NCBI RefSeq assembly: GCF_004010195.1 | Contig: NC_057730.1 | Coordinates: forward strand, 32,961,152 to 33,025,151 | DNA length: 64,000 nt | Origin: Chiloscyllium plagiosum | Taxonomy: Eukaryota | Direction: 5' to 3' | In this document: in pieces, positions 1 through 14,000 of the stretch | How the letters are laid out: every line of letters starts with the position of its first letter | Position numbering within the stretch: position 1 is the stretch's first letter | The notes under the pieces: model-generated | Database searches by the model: none | Told to the model about the DNA's origin: nothing | The model's input: the letters and a program-made list of their open reading frames with translations, nothing else | Position numbers and translations under genes: made by a program

Positions 1-470
1 ACGATAGCCCCGTTTTGATCCTGGCCTTAGATTTATTGAACTTTTCTTATGGTTTGTTCTTGTACTTTATCCCCATACTTTGACTCCTTGCATAGGTTCT
101 CATCCTCTGCAATTTTAATTTAAAGCCTTCCAATCACTCCACCAGGGCATCAGTCTCCAACCTGCATAGTTGTAACCCATCCAGATGGTATGATTCCCAA
201 CGCCCCAGAACCAAATCCAGTGCCCCAGGAATTTGAAACCTGACCCCTCTTCAGTCACGTATTCATTCGATAGATGCTGCTGTTTCTACACTGACTAGCA
301 CATAGAACTGGCAACAATCCAGAGATCACTTCCTAACTCCCTATATTCTCCATTTAGGGCCTCATCTCAATTTTTAAAAATTAATGTCATCTTTACCAAT
401 GTGTACCATGACCACTGATTATTTTACCCTCTCCTTCCAGCATGTCCTGTAGCTACCAAGACATATTTGA
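1..470 (-). mobile_element. CR1-type LINE fragment, ORF1 esterase-like region
   Basis: Minus-strand GFKFLGHWIWFWG motif near 195-240, typical of CR1 ORF1 SGNH esterase; degenerate. Confidence 0.55.
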
Positions 471-476
471 CCCTAG

Positions 477-1083
477 TATAGAACATAGAACAGTACAGCA
501 CAGAACAGGCCCTTTGGTCCACGATGTTGTGCCAAGGATTAATCCTAATGTAAAAATAACCCACGCACCCCTCAATTCACTGCTATCCACGTGCATGTCC
601 AGCAGTCGCTTAAATGTCCCTAATGACTCTGCTTCCACCACCACCAGCAACGCATTCCATACATTCACAACTCTCTGCATAAAGAACCTTCCTCCAACGA
701 TCCCTCTATACCTTTCTCCTAATATCTTAAAACTATGACCTCGCGTGCCAGTCAATCTTACCCTGGGGAAACGTCTCTGGCTATTCACTCTATCCATAGC
801 CTCTAATCACCTTGTATATCTCGATCAGGTCACCTCTCTTCCTCCTCCGTTCCAGAGAGAAAAGTCCGAGCTTAGTCAACCTCTCTTCATAAGGCAAGTC
901 TTCCAGTCCAGGCAGCATCCTGGTAAACCTTCGTTGCACTCCCTCCAAAGCCTCTGTATCTTTCCTACAGTAGGGTGACCAGAACTGGACACAATATTCC
1001 AAGTGTGGTCTCACCAGGGACTTATATAGCTGTAGCGAAACCTCACGGCTCTTTAACTTGATCCCCTGTTAATGAAAGCCAAA
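477..1083 (-). mobile_element. CR1/HER1-like LINE 3' end
   Basis: [14 protein letters not shown]...[16 protein letters not shown]...[27 protein letters not shown] followed by NVWNAL; short-repeat tail at 477-495. Confidence 0.9.
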
Positions 1084-1085
1084 AT

Positions 1086-1552
1086 ACCCCCTCCCACAGA
1101 CACACACAAAGTTTGAGGGGTGAATTTGTACTTGCAGAGTTACATTGTACTTTGCTCAAAAACTGCATGAATCCACCTAAGACTCTGCTAACTCATTTTT
1201 TAGATTAGAATCAGTCGAAACATTACGGCACAGACAACAGCACAGAGGGCAAACACCTTCAACACATTACCTGGACTGACACCAATTGTTAAAGTTAACC
1301 TGAGAACGTAACTTTTGAAAAAAATGCTTTGTGATTTACATATGAAAGAAGTGAAACTAACATGGTCATTCCACTTAAACAATAAACGTATTTTTCAATG
1401 TCTAATTTCAGTTACATCACACTAAACTTTTGCTAGAAATTGTGTTACAATTGTGTACTCCACAACCACCTGAAGGAGCAGCGTTCAGAAAGCTAGTGCT
1501 TCCAATTAAACCTGCTGGACTATAACCTGGGTGTTGTGTGTTTTTTAAACTT
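1086..1552 (+). mobile_element. Penelope-like element 3'/pLTR fragment
   Basis: Ends cacctgaaggagcagcgttcagaaagctagtgcttccaattaaacctgctggactataacctgg, a decayed hammerhead-like terminus related to that at 19190-19274. Confidence 0.6.
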
Positions 1553-2868
1553 TAAAGATGGATCACAACTGCATTGGTGAAATCTCAGATTTTGGGAATC
1601 TACCAAGGGATGTCAGCAGAAACCAAAGCAAGTAGTTTTGGATTATTAGAGTATTTTGTCAGGTCAGTCAATAAAAGTAGCTTATAGTCAATTTTTACAC
1701 AGAAACACAATGTTTATCTTCCATAAAAGCCTTCTTCATCAAACCCCATTGTATTTGCTTCATCATTTATCTAGTTTGTTTTGCATTTTAACCACCATTC
1801 AGTAGCACAACCACAGGGTAAAATAACCACTTCTGATTTTTCAATTTGATTCATAACTACATTTATCACCCATTGATCTGGTCCTTTTTGCATATGGAAA
1901 CCATTCACCATTTTTTCTTTATTAAACCTTTCTATATTTTTCTTGAAGAATATGATCATGTTCAATACTTCCTCAGATATAATTTCTGGGAATGCGCAAT
2001 AAATTCTGGTTTGCCAGTTGCCTATACCCTATCAGCAAAATCATTTACCATGATCTGTGACTGACTGCAGCTGTATACACAGGCAATAAATGCTATCCCA
2101 GCCAGCAAAACCTACATGCCATAAAAGTGAAAATAAAAAAAACGCATAATAGTATTCAGGACTGTTTTCCCAACAGCTATCCCAAGGTTAACCTCATGAT
2201 ACTACTCTATGCTGAATGAAAAAAAATCTGAAATTCAAAGATTTGTCAAAAGGATGGCATTTACCACAGAACAAAATTTACTATGAAGCATTTTGGGTCC
2301 AACAGTGATCTGCAAGGACAGCAACACGTTTGGCAGTGTTTGATTCCTGTTGCTTCCAGTTACCTATCCTCACCAAGTGGGATTCAAATCAGTGACATTA
2401 ATAGCTCAACTAGGAAACATGATTAGTCAAGGTGGTTGAGTAGGTTTTTATATACGTTGACATTGCAAATACATCTGGAATTAAACAAATGTCAGACAGT
2501 ACTCAGTCTAAAAAAGTCCGAACACTATTTAGGTCATTGACAGTGTTAGAATTAGATTCCATTGGCATAAAATCAAAGCAATGCAGGAGCTGCTCTCCAG
2601 TCTTACTGTCTGCAGTCACAGCTCAAACCCTACGTTTAGAATTCAGAATTTGCACAAATCAGCAAATGTTGTCCACTGATGACAAAGGTTTTTTAACGTT
2701 CTGTATCTTTAAAAATCTTCATTTAAGCTTCTTCATAATAGCTGGATAGTAATTACACTTATCAGTAGTACTGAAAGAGCAGGAAATGACTAGTTAACAC
2801 AGCAGAAGAAATACTCAATATTACCTTATTCGTGAGAAACCCTACGAGCACATGCATTAATCCCCACT

Positions 2869-3424
2869 TTTATTGCATGTAAAATGCTGGATGGCATGTG
2901 AAACTCTTAACTTCTGCCTCACTAATGAAACCAGTATAATCAACTCGATGTCACTAATCAAAAATTAAATATTAATACAGTGAGAGAGAAACCCTTGGTC
3001 ATACACTAGTGTCTTTTTGGTGGTGCGAGGGCTGTGGAGTTTGGAACAGCATAGTGACACATGGTATTTGCAATGACTAATGAATTCAATGAAAATTTAT
3101 TCAGTCAAAAGATGACACAGTGAGGCTTTACTTTATACTGCAAATCATCAGGCAAAACATTTACATTAATTACACTGTTAGCTTGTATACACAGCTATAA
3201 AAAAAAGTTTAGTGAAAAATTTTCACAGTAGTTCCCAGTGTAGTCTGATAGTTCACTTAAAAATGCTGCAGGATAATCTGCCCATACACATGGTCAAACA
3301 TAATTCTGTACAAAAACTAATTTATAAACCCTCAATATTACAGAAAACAAAATCTCCAAAGTTGCAGTGGACTCAGCGCAGAATAGCAATGTCCGAGTGA
3401 ATATTTACAAAGCTTCTATTTATT
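2869..3424 (-). promoter_or_regulatory. RBBP6 3'UTR with tandem AATAAA signals (3419-3424, 3096-3101, 2869-2874)
   Basis: TTTATT hexamers on the + strand downstream of the stop, in AT-rich repeat-free sequence. Confidence 0.55.
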
Positions 3425-3455
3425 ACAGGATCAGATCAAATGCTCCAGCCACTGT

Positions 3456-5028
3456 CTAATCAGTTTCTGCTGTTCGTAAGATGACAGATGATCGGACCTT
3501 CTGGTCACTGTCCTTGTCCTTTTCTTTGTCCTTGCTTTTTTTAGACTTTTTCTTTTTGTGTTTGTGTTTCTGTGTTTTGTCAAGTTCAGAATCAATGCCC
3601 AAATGTTTCTTGTGCTTTTTATGCTTCTTGTGTTTTTTGTGTTTCTTTTTCTCTTTTTTCTTCTTTTTCTTTTTGCTATCTTGAGTGTCCCCTGAACTGA
3701 CACTGCTACTGCGGCTCCGAGTCTGGCTCTCACTTGGGCTGTGACTCCGACAACAAGTCGGGCTCATGCTGTTTTGGGTGAGACTTTTAGTGCTGTTATT
3801 TCTGGAACCTATGGATGTCCCCTTGATCTCTCTTGTTTGGTGCATAATCTCTTTTGCTTCCCTTCCCTCTCTCGGTGTATGCTCCTCTTCAACTTCGCTT
3901 TCACTCTCATTGTAGTCAGGTTCAAAGGCTGCCTCATCAGTTTCTCTGGCCAGATCCAGAGAGTGGCGAGAATGTCGGACAGAGCGGCTAACTGGTCCAG
4001 CGGGCTTGTTGCGGCTGTGATCTTTGTCACTTCGGCCAGAATGCTCTTGCTCATTCTTTTCTGCTGATATTTCAGTCCGGTGAGAGACCATTTTCCCAGA
4101 GACTTGCCTCTCCTTACTGCTCTTGATTTCCAACATATATTTCTCCTTCTCTCGGCTGGAAAGGGATGATGATTTTGGTTCTTCAGTGGCACTTTTGGAC
4201 TCAGAACTACTTCTGTGGTCTGTATGCAGTCTCCTTTCCTTCCCAGGACTGTGGTCATTTTTCTTGGGCTCTGAGCTACTTTTCCTGGTGTCTATCTGTT
4301 GCTCCTTGCCTTTTAAGCTTGGTGCCAGTTCTTCACATTTACTGGGAGAATCTCGCTTCTTAATATCTCGAGTTCGCTCCTCTCTGCGTTTGGAAACAGA
4401 GACCTGCCTGTCGACATTTTCCACCTTTCCATCAACAGAAGGACCAGAGTCTTTGTTTGATGCTCCTCTATTGCCTGGATCTAATTTTTCAACCAACCGG
4501 TCTTTTGAAGATTGAGGGACATTATTGGCAACTGCTGACTCTATATCCCGCTCTGTAACTGTTGGCTTGTCAGGCTGAATTAGAGCTTTCTTCTTGTCTG
4601 GAGTCTCTTTGTCTGACCCATGCTCTTTATCTTTGGTCTTCAAACCTTTCTCATTTAAATTTTTTGCCGTTGTTTTGGGCTCCTGTTGAGTCTCATCCAG
4701 ATTTGGCTCTTTAACAGTTTTTGGGAATCTCTCAGATGGAACCTCTTTATCGGTTTGCTTTGCTGGGTTGAAAGACTTCACAGTGGCACTTAGTCCACAG
4801 CCAGCAGCTTTCCCAATATTTAACGCAGCAGCTGTTTTTCCTTCATCTTCATCAGTCTCGTAATCCTCCTTTTCCCACTTGGAACGAGGAACTTGGACAA
4901 TAACAATCTCATCTTCAGCTGGGGGTCTAGTATCACTGTTGTACTCTTCCATTGTCTTGATCACGGTTTTCTTTGTGTCCAATTTCTCTTCAGCTTTCCT
5001 AATGGGGCTGCCTCCAGCAGAACTGGTA
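3456..5028 (-). CDS. RBBP6: RBBP6 last exon coding part (p53-binding region, Lys/His-rich tail)
   Basis: ctttccatccccag|; TSSAGGSPIRKAEEKLDTKKTVIKTMEEYN...KKKHKKHKKHKKHKKH...; TAG at 3456-3458. Confidence 0.95.
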
Positions 5029-8000
5029 CTGGGGATGGAAAGATAACAGCTCAATTACATCATCTTGACTGCCAGCTTTCCCTCCACCACTTCAGTAGCT
5101 ACAATTCCTAATTATGGTCACCTTGGAAAGGCTCATCTAATGCAACACAGAAACAGCATGCAATCAAGCACTAACCTGAAATAGCACGTGCTGCACACCC
5201 ACAACTTACCCCACCTCCATCTCAGCTGTTGTAGGAATGGACTTCCCTACAAGGAGGAAGCCAGAGCGAGAGTCAACAGGTGATCGCACGTAGCTACCCT
5301 AAATCCCCAGGTAAAACTGGTGCACACTGAAATTGTGAAGGGTTGCTGCAATAGGGAGCAATTGGAGGCCAGATGATCTTGTCTGCATGAGTGGATGATA
5401 AAAGGGCACAGCAGTTGAGGTGTACTTGATTTTTCAGGTGCACAGGCTGGTTTATAGCTGCTGTAGTTCAACCAAACATCTGCATACGGGGACAGGATGC
5501 AATTTCCTCTCTGCTCCCACCAGTGGAATCACAATTTTAATAATATGTTCAACATTCAGCTCTCTTTTGTTGAAGGAAAACAGGAAGTCAAAGATTTTGA
5601 AAATCACTCATGTGGATTTGGGAATTTTGTGGGCTTGGTTACCAAAGTTATTTAGAATCAGGAATGCAAACATTTGGCTGTGGTAACTGAACTATACCAC
5701 ACAAACACAAACTGGGCTGTTTAATATCACTGGGAGAAAGACAGGACCGCAGATCAGAATTGAAGAGTGTGGTGCTGGAAAAGCACAGGTCAGGCAGCTT
5801 CACAGGAGTAGGAGTCGATGTTTCAGGCATAAGCCATTCATCAGGAACATTTGGTGGTGGTGGGGGGATTGTGGTGGGTAGCTTGGAAAGCAAAAGGTAT
5901 GTGCAGCAGGTGGCGGGAAGGAAGATGGACAGATAGGACACTTCAAGAGGGCGGTGCTGAATTGGAGGACTGGATCTGGGATGAAGTGGAGGGAAGGGAG
6001 ATGAGGAAACTGGTGAAGTCGACGTTGATACTGGGTGGTTGGAGGGTCCCAAGGTGGAAGATGAGGTGTTCTTCCTCCAGGCATCAAGTGGCTAGGATTT
6101 GGCAGTGGAGATGACCCAGGACTTGAATGTCCTTGCGGAGTGAGAGGGGGAATTGAAGTGGTTGGCTACAGATCGGTGGAGTTGTTTAGTGCGTGCGTGC
6201 GCCAGAGATGTTCTCTGAAATGCTCCATGAGTTGACATCCTGTCTCCCCAATGTAGAGGGGGCCACATCAAGAGCAAACACAGGGTGTTTGGATGTGCAG
6301 GAAATTCTCTGCTGGATAGAGGTGGGGGGGGGGGGGGGGGGGGATAGAAGAGATGTGGGCAAAGGTTTTACACCTCTTGTGGCAGCAAGGGAAGGTGCTG
6401 GGAGTGGAAAGGAGCATGGACCTAATTAGGGAATTGGGAGAGGGAATGGTCTCTGTGGAATGCTGACAGGGGTGGGGAAGGAAATTTCTCTGGTGGTGGG
6501 GTGTGACTGAATTTGATTAAAATGGTGGAGGATAATGCGCTGTATTCGGAGATTAATGGGGTGGAAAGTGAGGACCAGTGGGGTTCTATCCTTGTCGGGG
6601 TTGGAGTTCAAGGGTGGAGGTGTGGGAAGTGGAGGATATGCGCTGGAGGGCATTGTTGACATTGGAAGGGAAATTGCGGTCCTTGAAGTAGTCGATGGGT
6701 TTGAAGTATTTGTTAGTGTCGAGTCAGTCGCTGGAAATGGAGACTGAGATGGAGGTGTCCGAGATGGTCCAGGTGAACTTGAGGCCAGAGTGGAAGGTCT
6801 TCATCAAGTTGATGAACTGTTCAACCCCCTTATGGGAGCACAAGTTAGCACCAATAATCATCAATGTAGCAGAGGAAAAGGTGGGGAATAGTACCACTGT
6901 AACTATGGAACATGGACTTTTCCACAAATCCAAAGAGGCAGGCTTAGCTGGGGCCCATGTGGGTGTCCATAGTTATTCCTTTGGTCTGAAGGAAGTGGGA
7001 GGATTTGAAGAAGTTGTTGAGGGTGAGGACCAGTTCAGCTTAAAAACACTTCAAACAAAATATAAAAAAAACACAGAACTACAATCCACCCCCCTCCCCA
7101 CCAAAGAAATCAGACATTTTAATGTTAATCATCCTAAACATAAAAGATATAATCTGAAATGTTCTAACCTTGTATAATCCACAAGTGTTGAACCAGCCAC
7201 CTCGCCCCCAGCCACTTTCCTCCTCGTCTTGGTTCGCACTTTCTCAGGTTTGGATTTCGCACCATTAATTTCTGCTAATTCTGTAGACTCTTCCAGTGGA
7301 GCTGGGGACTCTCCACTCACAATCTTTTTGCCACTTTCCCGGTTTATTTTGATTTTCCTCACTGATACATTTGGAGGAGTCGTCTTTTCCTTGTCAGCAG
7401 GCAAGTCTGTGTGTTTTTCTGTTGATTTCTCACTGCCAGAGTTAAATTTACCTTTCACTGAACTTTTTGCTCCCTCTGCTGTTTCTACTTTTGAAGATTT
7501 AGTCGGAGGTGTTCCAAGTTCTCTCTCGGGCACTTTTTCATCAGTTTTCCTTTTACGTTTATCAGCTTTTACTTCTGCTTTAGTTGGTTTTTCATCAGCT
7601 TTAATGATCTTTTTTGATTTTTCCTCTCTATTGACTACTTTATCGTGTTTTTCATGTTTAGTTTCCTCCCTGGGGTAATCCTTTCTTTGTTTTTCCTCTT
7701 TTACAATCTTCATCTCTTGGTATTCACGCCCCATTTTAAGTTGCACCTTCCTGGGTAAAAAAAACTTCTCGCTTTTTGGAAGAAGATGGATTTTTGTCCC
7801 CTCTGTTTTGGGAGGACATTCCTCTCTTACTTTCTTTGCAGTGATCTCAGTGTGAGGGGATTTCTCTCGCTCTCTCTCGATAGGCTTTTCCTGAGATACT
7901 TTTGCTGTTTTTCCAGAGGATTCCTTCTTTGGTGTGCTGCTCTCTGTTTTCCGTTTCTGTTTATCACTCTTTGCTTTTAACTTTTCCTTTCTCTCCTTTT

Positions 8001-11000
8001 CAGATGTGGCTTTGTAAGGAATAGAGTCTCCTTCCATGGGCTCATCTCTCACTGGTGTTGCATCGTCTCTGCTGAGGGGCAGAAATAAAGAGGTCCCTTT
8101 CCCTTCATCGCCAGGGGTCTCCCCAGTTTTCTTCCCATCCCGAGAAGAATCAGGGTTGGTGAGCATCTCTGTTTCATCTTTTTTCTTCTTCCTGTGTTTT
8201 TTATGCTTTGTTCCTTTGGAATCAGGACGAAGGCTTGGTGCTTCTTTTTCTTTTGAATCTCTTGATTCTTTTGTATTGTGACTCTCTCTGTAAGAGTACT
8301 TTTCTTGATAATTCCCAGTGCCAGCTATATTACGAATACGAGAGGTCTGTTCAACTGGATATTCATCTCGACGGCCCCGGCTATGCGGTGAACCGTCACG
8401 CCTAGCACTTGCAGTACCAAAGCGCTCTGGAGAGAAGTGATCCTTATTTGAGGGAGACCGTGGTCGCGGCTGATTACCACCACTGTAGCCCTTATAATAT
8501 TCGTACCATGCTCTGCATCGCCTTTCCCACTCTCTGTACCGTTCCCTCTCAAAAGAGTCTCTTGGATCACGAGGCCTTTCATAAAGTTCTCTGTAGTCGA
8601 ATGGAGGCGGTGGCTCTCTGTAGCGATCATAATATTCACGATCGTTTTCACCTTGGGGAGCATTTCGTTTGTAAGGAGAATGTGTTTTGTAATTTGGAGA
8701 TCGGGTGCGAGAGCGATAGCTTCTGTAGGATGGTGACCTGGATCTGGATCGGTGGAACCCACGTGACCTGGATCTGGATCGATAACCTCGACTCTTTCCA
8801 CTGCCTCTTCGATACGAAGGGGATCTTGAATACGAACGACTTGGTGATCTACTAACTGACCGAGAATAGGATCTTGAGGAATTAGATCGAGACTTGGAAT
8901 AAGAATAAGAGCTTCCACTGAATGATGATCCACTATATGAACGTGACCTGGACCTGAGTAGGAAATGATCAGAAAAAAAGTATTACATGTTACAACTCCA
9001 AAGTACACAAGCTTTCTCCCATATCTCTGAAGAGAGAACCCACTTAAAATTGTGACTATGTTTGAATAAAAGAAAAGCTGGCTGGGCAGGGCATCAGGGA
9101 ATCAGCCTACTGGAAAGGCAGCTTCTGGTCAAATGTTCACTGTTCTGTCTGCTGCTTTCAGATTTCTGCTGTTTAATAAGCAAAATGGTGGCAGCGAGGT
9201 GGAGCGAATAGATGAAATCCATTATTCTGCAAGCATGACGAGTGTTACACTTGGTATAGGAAACTTCTAAAGCAAGCTTTAAAAACTACAGAAAACTAAG
9301 TCCTGAAATTCATATCAAACTAAAACAGAAATTATCCGGATTACAGAATTCACTCAGTAATTCCACAATAGGGAACAGTGAAGTGCCAATCACAATACAC
9401 AAAGACTGGATCCAGAGTGTTGATTTTTCAGAAAAGAAATGAGACTCTCTCCATATAACGTACAGGCAAGAGAAGACTAAAAAAAGGTGAGGAAATATAT
9501 TTTGGGGGTGGGGGAATCATCAAGTCAAAAATTATTCACCTCAACTTTACATGAATAAAGACCTGAGGACTTTAAAAAATACACAGATGCTGGATAGCTG
9601 AAACAAGAACTGAAACTGCTGGAGAAACTCAGCATGTCTGGCAGTATCTGTTGTGAGAAACATTCAACGCTCTGGATCCAGTCACCCTTCTTCAGAATTT
9701 GATAATTTCTTGATGAACATTCTACAATTATGGCAGATTGCCATTTTACCAGCAAAATAGCCCACATGGTTGTTAGATCAGACAGCCTCTCTACAGATTA
9801 AATAAGCATAACAAACAGGTTAATCTTTATACCTGCTACAGGATTGACAAATCTGTTCATGTTCAATTTTACAATAAGCAAACTTACCTTGAGTAGGAAC
9901 GCCTGCGTTCCTTTTGAATTTTTCTATACTCCATTAACTCCTTAGCAAAATCATTGGTGAACTCATCAAGCTTGGACTTTTTCTTCTCCCTAAAATATTT
10001 GGATTTATCAGTTGGTGGTGGTGGTGATGGGGTGGGTGATGGTGGGGGTTGGGGAGGAGAAGACAGAAGTAAATTTACATAAAACAAAGATTGTAGGCCT
10101 CACATGTTTACACATTTATTACATCTACATAGTTCACTTCTGCATACCTTTTAACATGCTACTAGCAATGAGAATTGCCCACCTTTATACACAACCAGAT
10201 TTTGTTCTTTCATAAGCTGTACCATTAAAAGGAAGGGCACGCACTTCAAAATGAGTTTGGAATATAGCAAGTCTGCCCCTAGTAACTTGCTTTTTGTTTC
10301 AAACAGCTAAATAATACCCAATTTACTGAGCTGCAAAAGCCATTCCCTTCCAATTAAAATACAATTTTAATAGGAAATAAACTTGTACAAGACATTTATT
10401 TCATTTATTGAAAAGATGAGGTGCATCAAGATTAAAGTATGACGAGACAAAACTGAACCATGTCCTTGCTCAATTCCTCCTTTGATGACCATTAGCCATG
10501 GCATGCACTTTATACAGTGCATTTTTTTTCCTTTTAAATGCATTTGCTCACTGGATGTAGGCACTGCTGGTTCAGTCAGCTTATATTGCTCATCCCTGAA
10601 ACACTCTCAAGCTAGTAATGGGGAGCTGCTTTCTTCCACTGCTGTTCATGTGGCGTAGGTACACCATAGTCTTGTCAGTGAGGGAGTTCCAGGATTTGTC
10701 CCAGCAATGGTGCAGGGAGATTGATATAGGACCACATTAGGATGGGGAGACTTACAGGGGAATTTCCAGATCATAGCGTATTATCCAGGAGATGAACAAA
10801 TGGCTCAAAGACTAGTGGTGTGGGATGAGTAGATTCTGGTTCATGGGTCACTAGCACCAGTACAAAGGGGGGGGGAAAAGGGCTGTACTGTTGGAATGGT
10901 CTATACTAACCAGGCTGGAACAGAAAACACAGTACTTTTAACTCGTGTGAACATGGGATCAAATGTGGAAAGATGCAATAATACTACAGAAGTAACAGAT

Positions 11001-14000
11001 CAGAAAATAGCAAGAAGAGGCACAGAGAAAAAAACCTAGGTATACATAGAGACTAGATATTACAAAAATATCAAAAAAGATAAAGGCTTTATGTTTGATT
11101 GCATACAGCAGTTAAGTAAACAGATATGATCTGATAGCCATTCAAGAAATGTGGCAACAGGTCAATGAAAATTGGGCCCTGAATATTGAGAGGTATATGA
11201 CATTCTAGAGCAGTAGACAACTCGGTGGGATGACCTTTTTTTTTAAAAGACAGAGGTGGATATATTCTTGTTAGGCGAGAGATTTCAAAGTTAATTGGGC
11301 ATGAAAGGAAATACGGAATTCAAAATACAAAGATTAGCCATAAGCTTATGAATAGTGGAAAGCTTGAGTGACCAAATTGTCCATATGAACACATTTTTAA
11401 GCTTACATGATTACTGCCTGACATTTGGGGGACACAAATATTATGTGCCACTTAGCCAAAGCCTGGATGCTGCCCATGGCTTGTTGCATATGGACCCAAA
11501 CTATGCAAGGACCCAAGTTGTCGAATAGTGCTGAACATCTAGGTCAGTCACCTCAGCTTCATGTCATCTCTGCAAGAGGTCCTCAGGGTAGCGTCTTAGG
11601 TTCAACCATGGTCAGTGATCAGCCTTCCAATAGGTCTGAAGTGGGCAGATAATTATGCTGCTTAGCATCATATGCCACTCTGCAGATACTGATGTACTTC
11701 ATGACTAAATACACAATGCCTAGGATTGGTGCTGAAATGTCCAGAGGCTCGGAATCCTGCAGTGAGTAACTCAGCTGATTGCCCAAAGGCTGCCAACCAT
11801 CTACAAGGCATAAGCCAAGAATGTGCTGGAATACTCTCTACTTGCCTGGAAGATTACAGCTCCATTTACAGATTCTAGAGCAATAGACAACTAGGTGGGA
11901 TCTTGACACAAGAACAATGCAGCCCATTAGATAGGCACCACGTCAACTAACTTCCAATCCCTTCACTACCAACCCTCAGTAGTATTGCAGAAATTCATTA
12001 AGGCTCCTTATAGCAGCCATCCAAGCCAATGATCACTGTCGTCTAGAAGGAAAGACAGTAGATACATGGGAAAACCTTCACCTGCATGTTCCCCTCAAGC
12101 TTCTCAACACCCTGGCTTGAAAATGTTTCTGTTCCTTCAGTGTTGCAAGGTTTCTGGAACTCCCTCCCGAACAGCACAATTGGTGTCAACTACATCAAAT
12201 GGACTGGGGTGGTTTAAGAAAGCCCCCCAGCTCCTTAGGAAAGGGGGAAACTCTGCAATCCCCAGTGAAATTCACACATTTAATCTCATGATGGAAGGAA
12301 GGTAATTGAAGAAGCAAGTGAAGATGTTTTGGCTGAGGGTACTACCCTTAAGAACTCCTTCAGGAATATTGTGGGCTTGAGATGAGTGAACATCAATGAT
12401 CACAAACTTTGTAGGATTAAGATATGACCGAGGTATGACTTTCACGTTAGTGACATACAGCTTAAGGCATTCTTCATAGCAGTTACAGGATTAAAACTTA
12501 GACCAGTACTACTGAACAACATTGTATTGCATTTTTGTTTTCATTACGTGATCCCCAGTAGCACACAATGAAATGCTGGTTACATAGTGTTTTATATTTA
12601 ATATTGCTTGAAGGATTGCAGAAATAGTAGTGATTTCAAATTGATGGACATACACAGAATAGTTTATTTGACAAAAGCCATTGAAAATTGACAGTGGACA
12701 TTGAATTAAAAAAAAAAATAAATCACACGACTGCTAACTTTGGAGAGCAACTGGCTTGAAGAGGTTTTTCTTTTATCTGGTTCATTTGGAGTGAAGCCCA
12801 AGAACTAACTGAACTGGAAGAAAGGCTGCTATTAACAAGCTATCCAACAAATGTCTCCCATTTCTAAAAACAAAACACTACTTCTGTTCAGGATAATAGT
12901 GTGATTAAGGGATATTTATAGAGATACAAGCATTTATATTTGTACATGATTGATTGTGTATTTTAATGATTTGTCACTTGTATCTTACAGTGAATAATAC
13001 AGTAAAATAGTGAAAAGCTTCAACTGTCGCCACAATTAGGCGCCATTTTGAATAGTTTAAGAATAAAAAGAGCAAGATGATATTATGGAAAGACAGTCTT
13101 TGTTCCACTGACTCCACCATGAGTCCTGAGTCGCACATCTGCACCGGCAACCCTCCTCACCACTGTCTGTGCTGGACCCACTATTGTAAGGGTCACCACT
13201 CTTTTGGTGTTGGGCCAACCTTGCCATCACTGAGTTTCATGCTGAACCCAAGCTCACCCCCACAGCCAGCTGTCACCTCACTGATACCCAGGATTCCCTG
13301 CTCCAGGCCTACTGCGATCACAGCCAGGAGCTCCTGGCTCCGCACTGCCTCAAATGACGCCAGGAGTCCCTGCTCTGGGCATACCACACTGCTGCTGCCA
13401 TCTCACCAAAGCCAGGAGTCCCCAGTTTTGCTGGACTGCAATGAGTCGTCTCTGGCCCTGCTGCCAGGCTGCCATGCCAAGAGTCCTGCTTCGACAACCC
13501 TCCTTCGAGATGTTGCCTTGCTGGAGTAGCCAACTGATCTTTGGAGGAGCTTTGCGGACGCTGATAACCAGGGGTGCCGGGAAGGACATCCTTGCTGCCA
13601 CTGCCTCCAATCGCCACTCTGTGCATGGCCCGCTCTCACTGCTGTGCTGATGCCGCTGACTGACCCAAAGAGAAGAAAAATACAAAAGAAAAAAGAAAAA
13701 GAGAAATAAAACAAACAAAAAAAGAAATAAAGCACACTGGAGCAGATAATCCCCAGGCAAGAAGCCCTGCTATCTTGTTGCCATCTTGGAATCAAGACAT
13801 GGTTGATATTTTCTTTTTGTTTAAAGCCTGAAAGAATTTACTTGGTCATCTTGCTAAATGGAAAAAAAAATTTTTAACTTGTGATCTATGGAGTAGTTGG
13901 ATGAGAGAGGCAATTCAATCCTCCAGCCTGGGTGATTGTAAGATTTTTGTTTCAACTTTTGTTCTAACCAATTACTGCGGAGTGTCTAGCTATAGTCCTG

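Noticed and set aside
5122-5136. Possible 15-nt microexon (ttag|ATGAGCCTTTCCAAG|gtgacc) giving an immediate stop
   Set aside because: Weak donor and very short; compatible with chance, so not reported without RNA evidence.
3481-8281. Plus-strand ORFs 3481-3684, 3741-4067, 4123-4515, 7229-7678, 8036-8281
   Set aside because: Antisense shadows of the Lys/Glu/Ser-rich RBBP6 exons (Phe/Leu/Ser-rich translations); no independent evidence.
8325-9008. 227-aa minus-strand ORF over the RS domain
   Set aside because: Wrong frame; the RS-rich frame fits the exon phases and continues into ORF 7129-8166.
13077-13795. Six overlapping ORFs of 64-150 aa on both strands
   Set aside because: Expected in GC-rich repeat sequence; no domain or exon structure.
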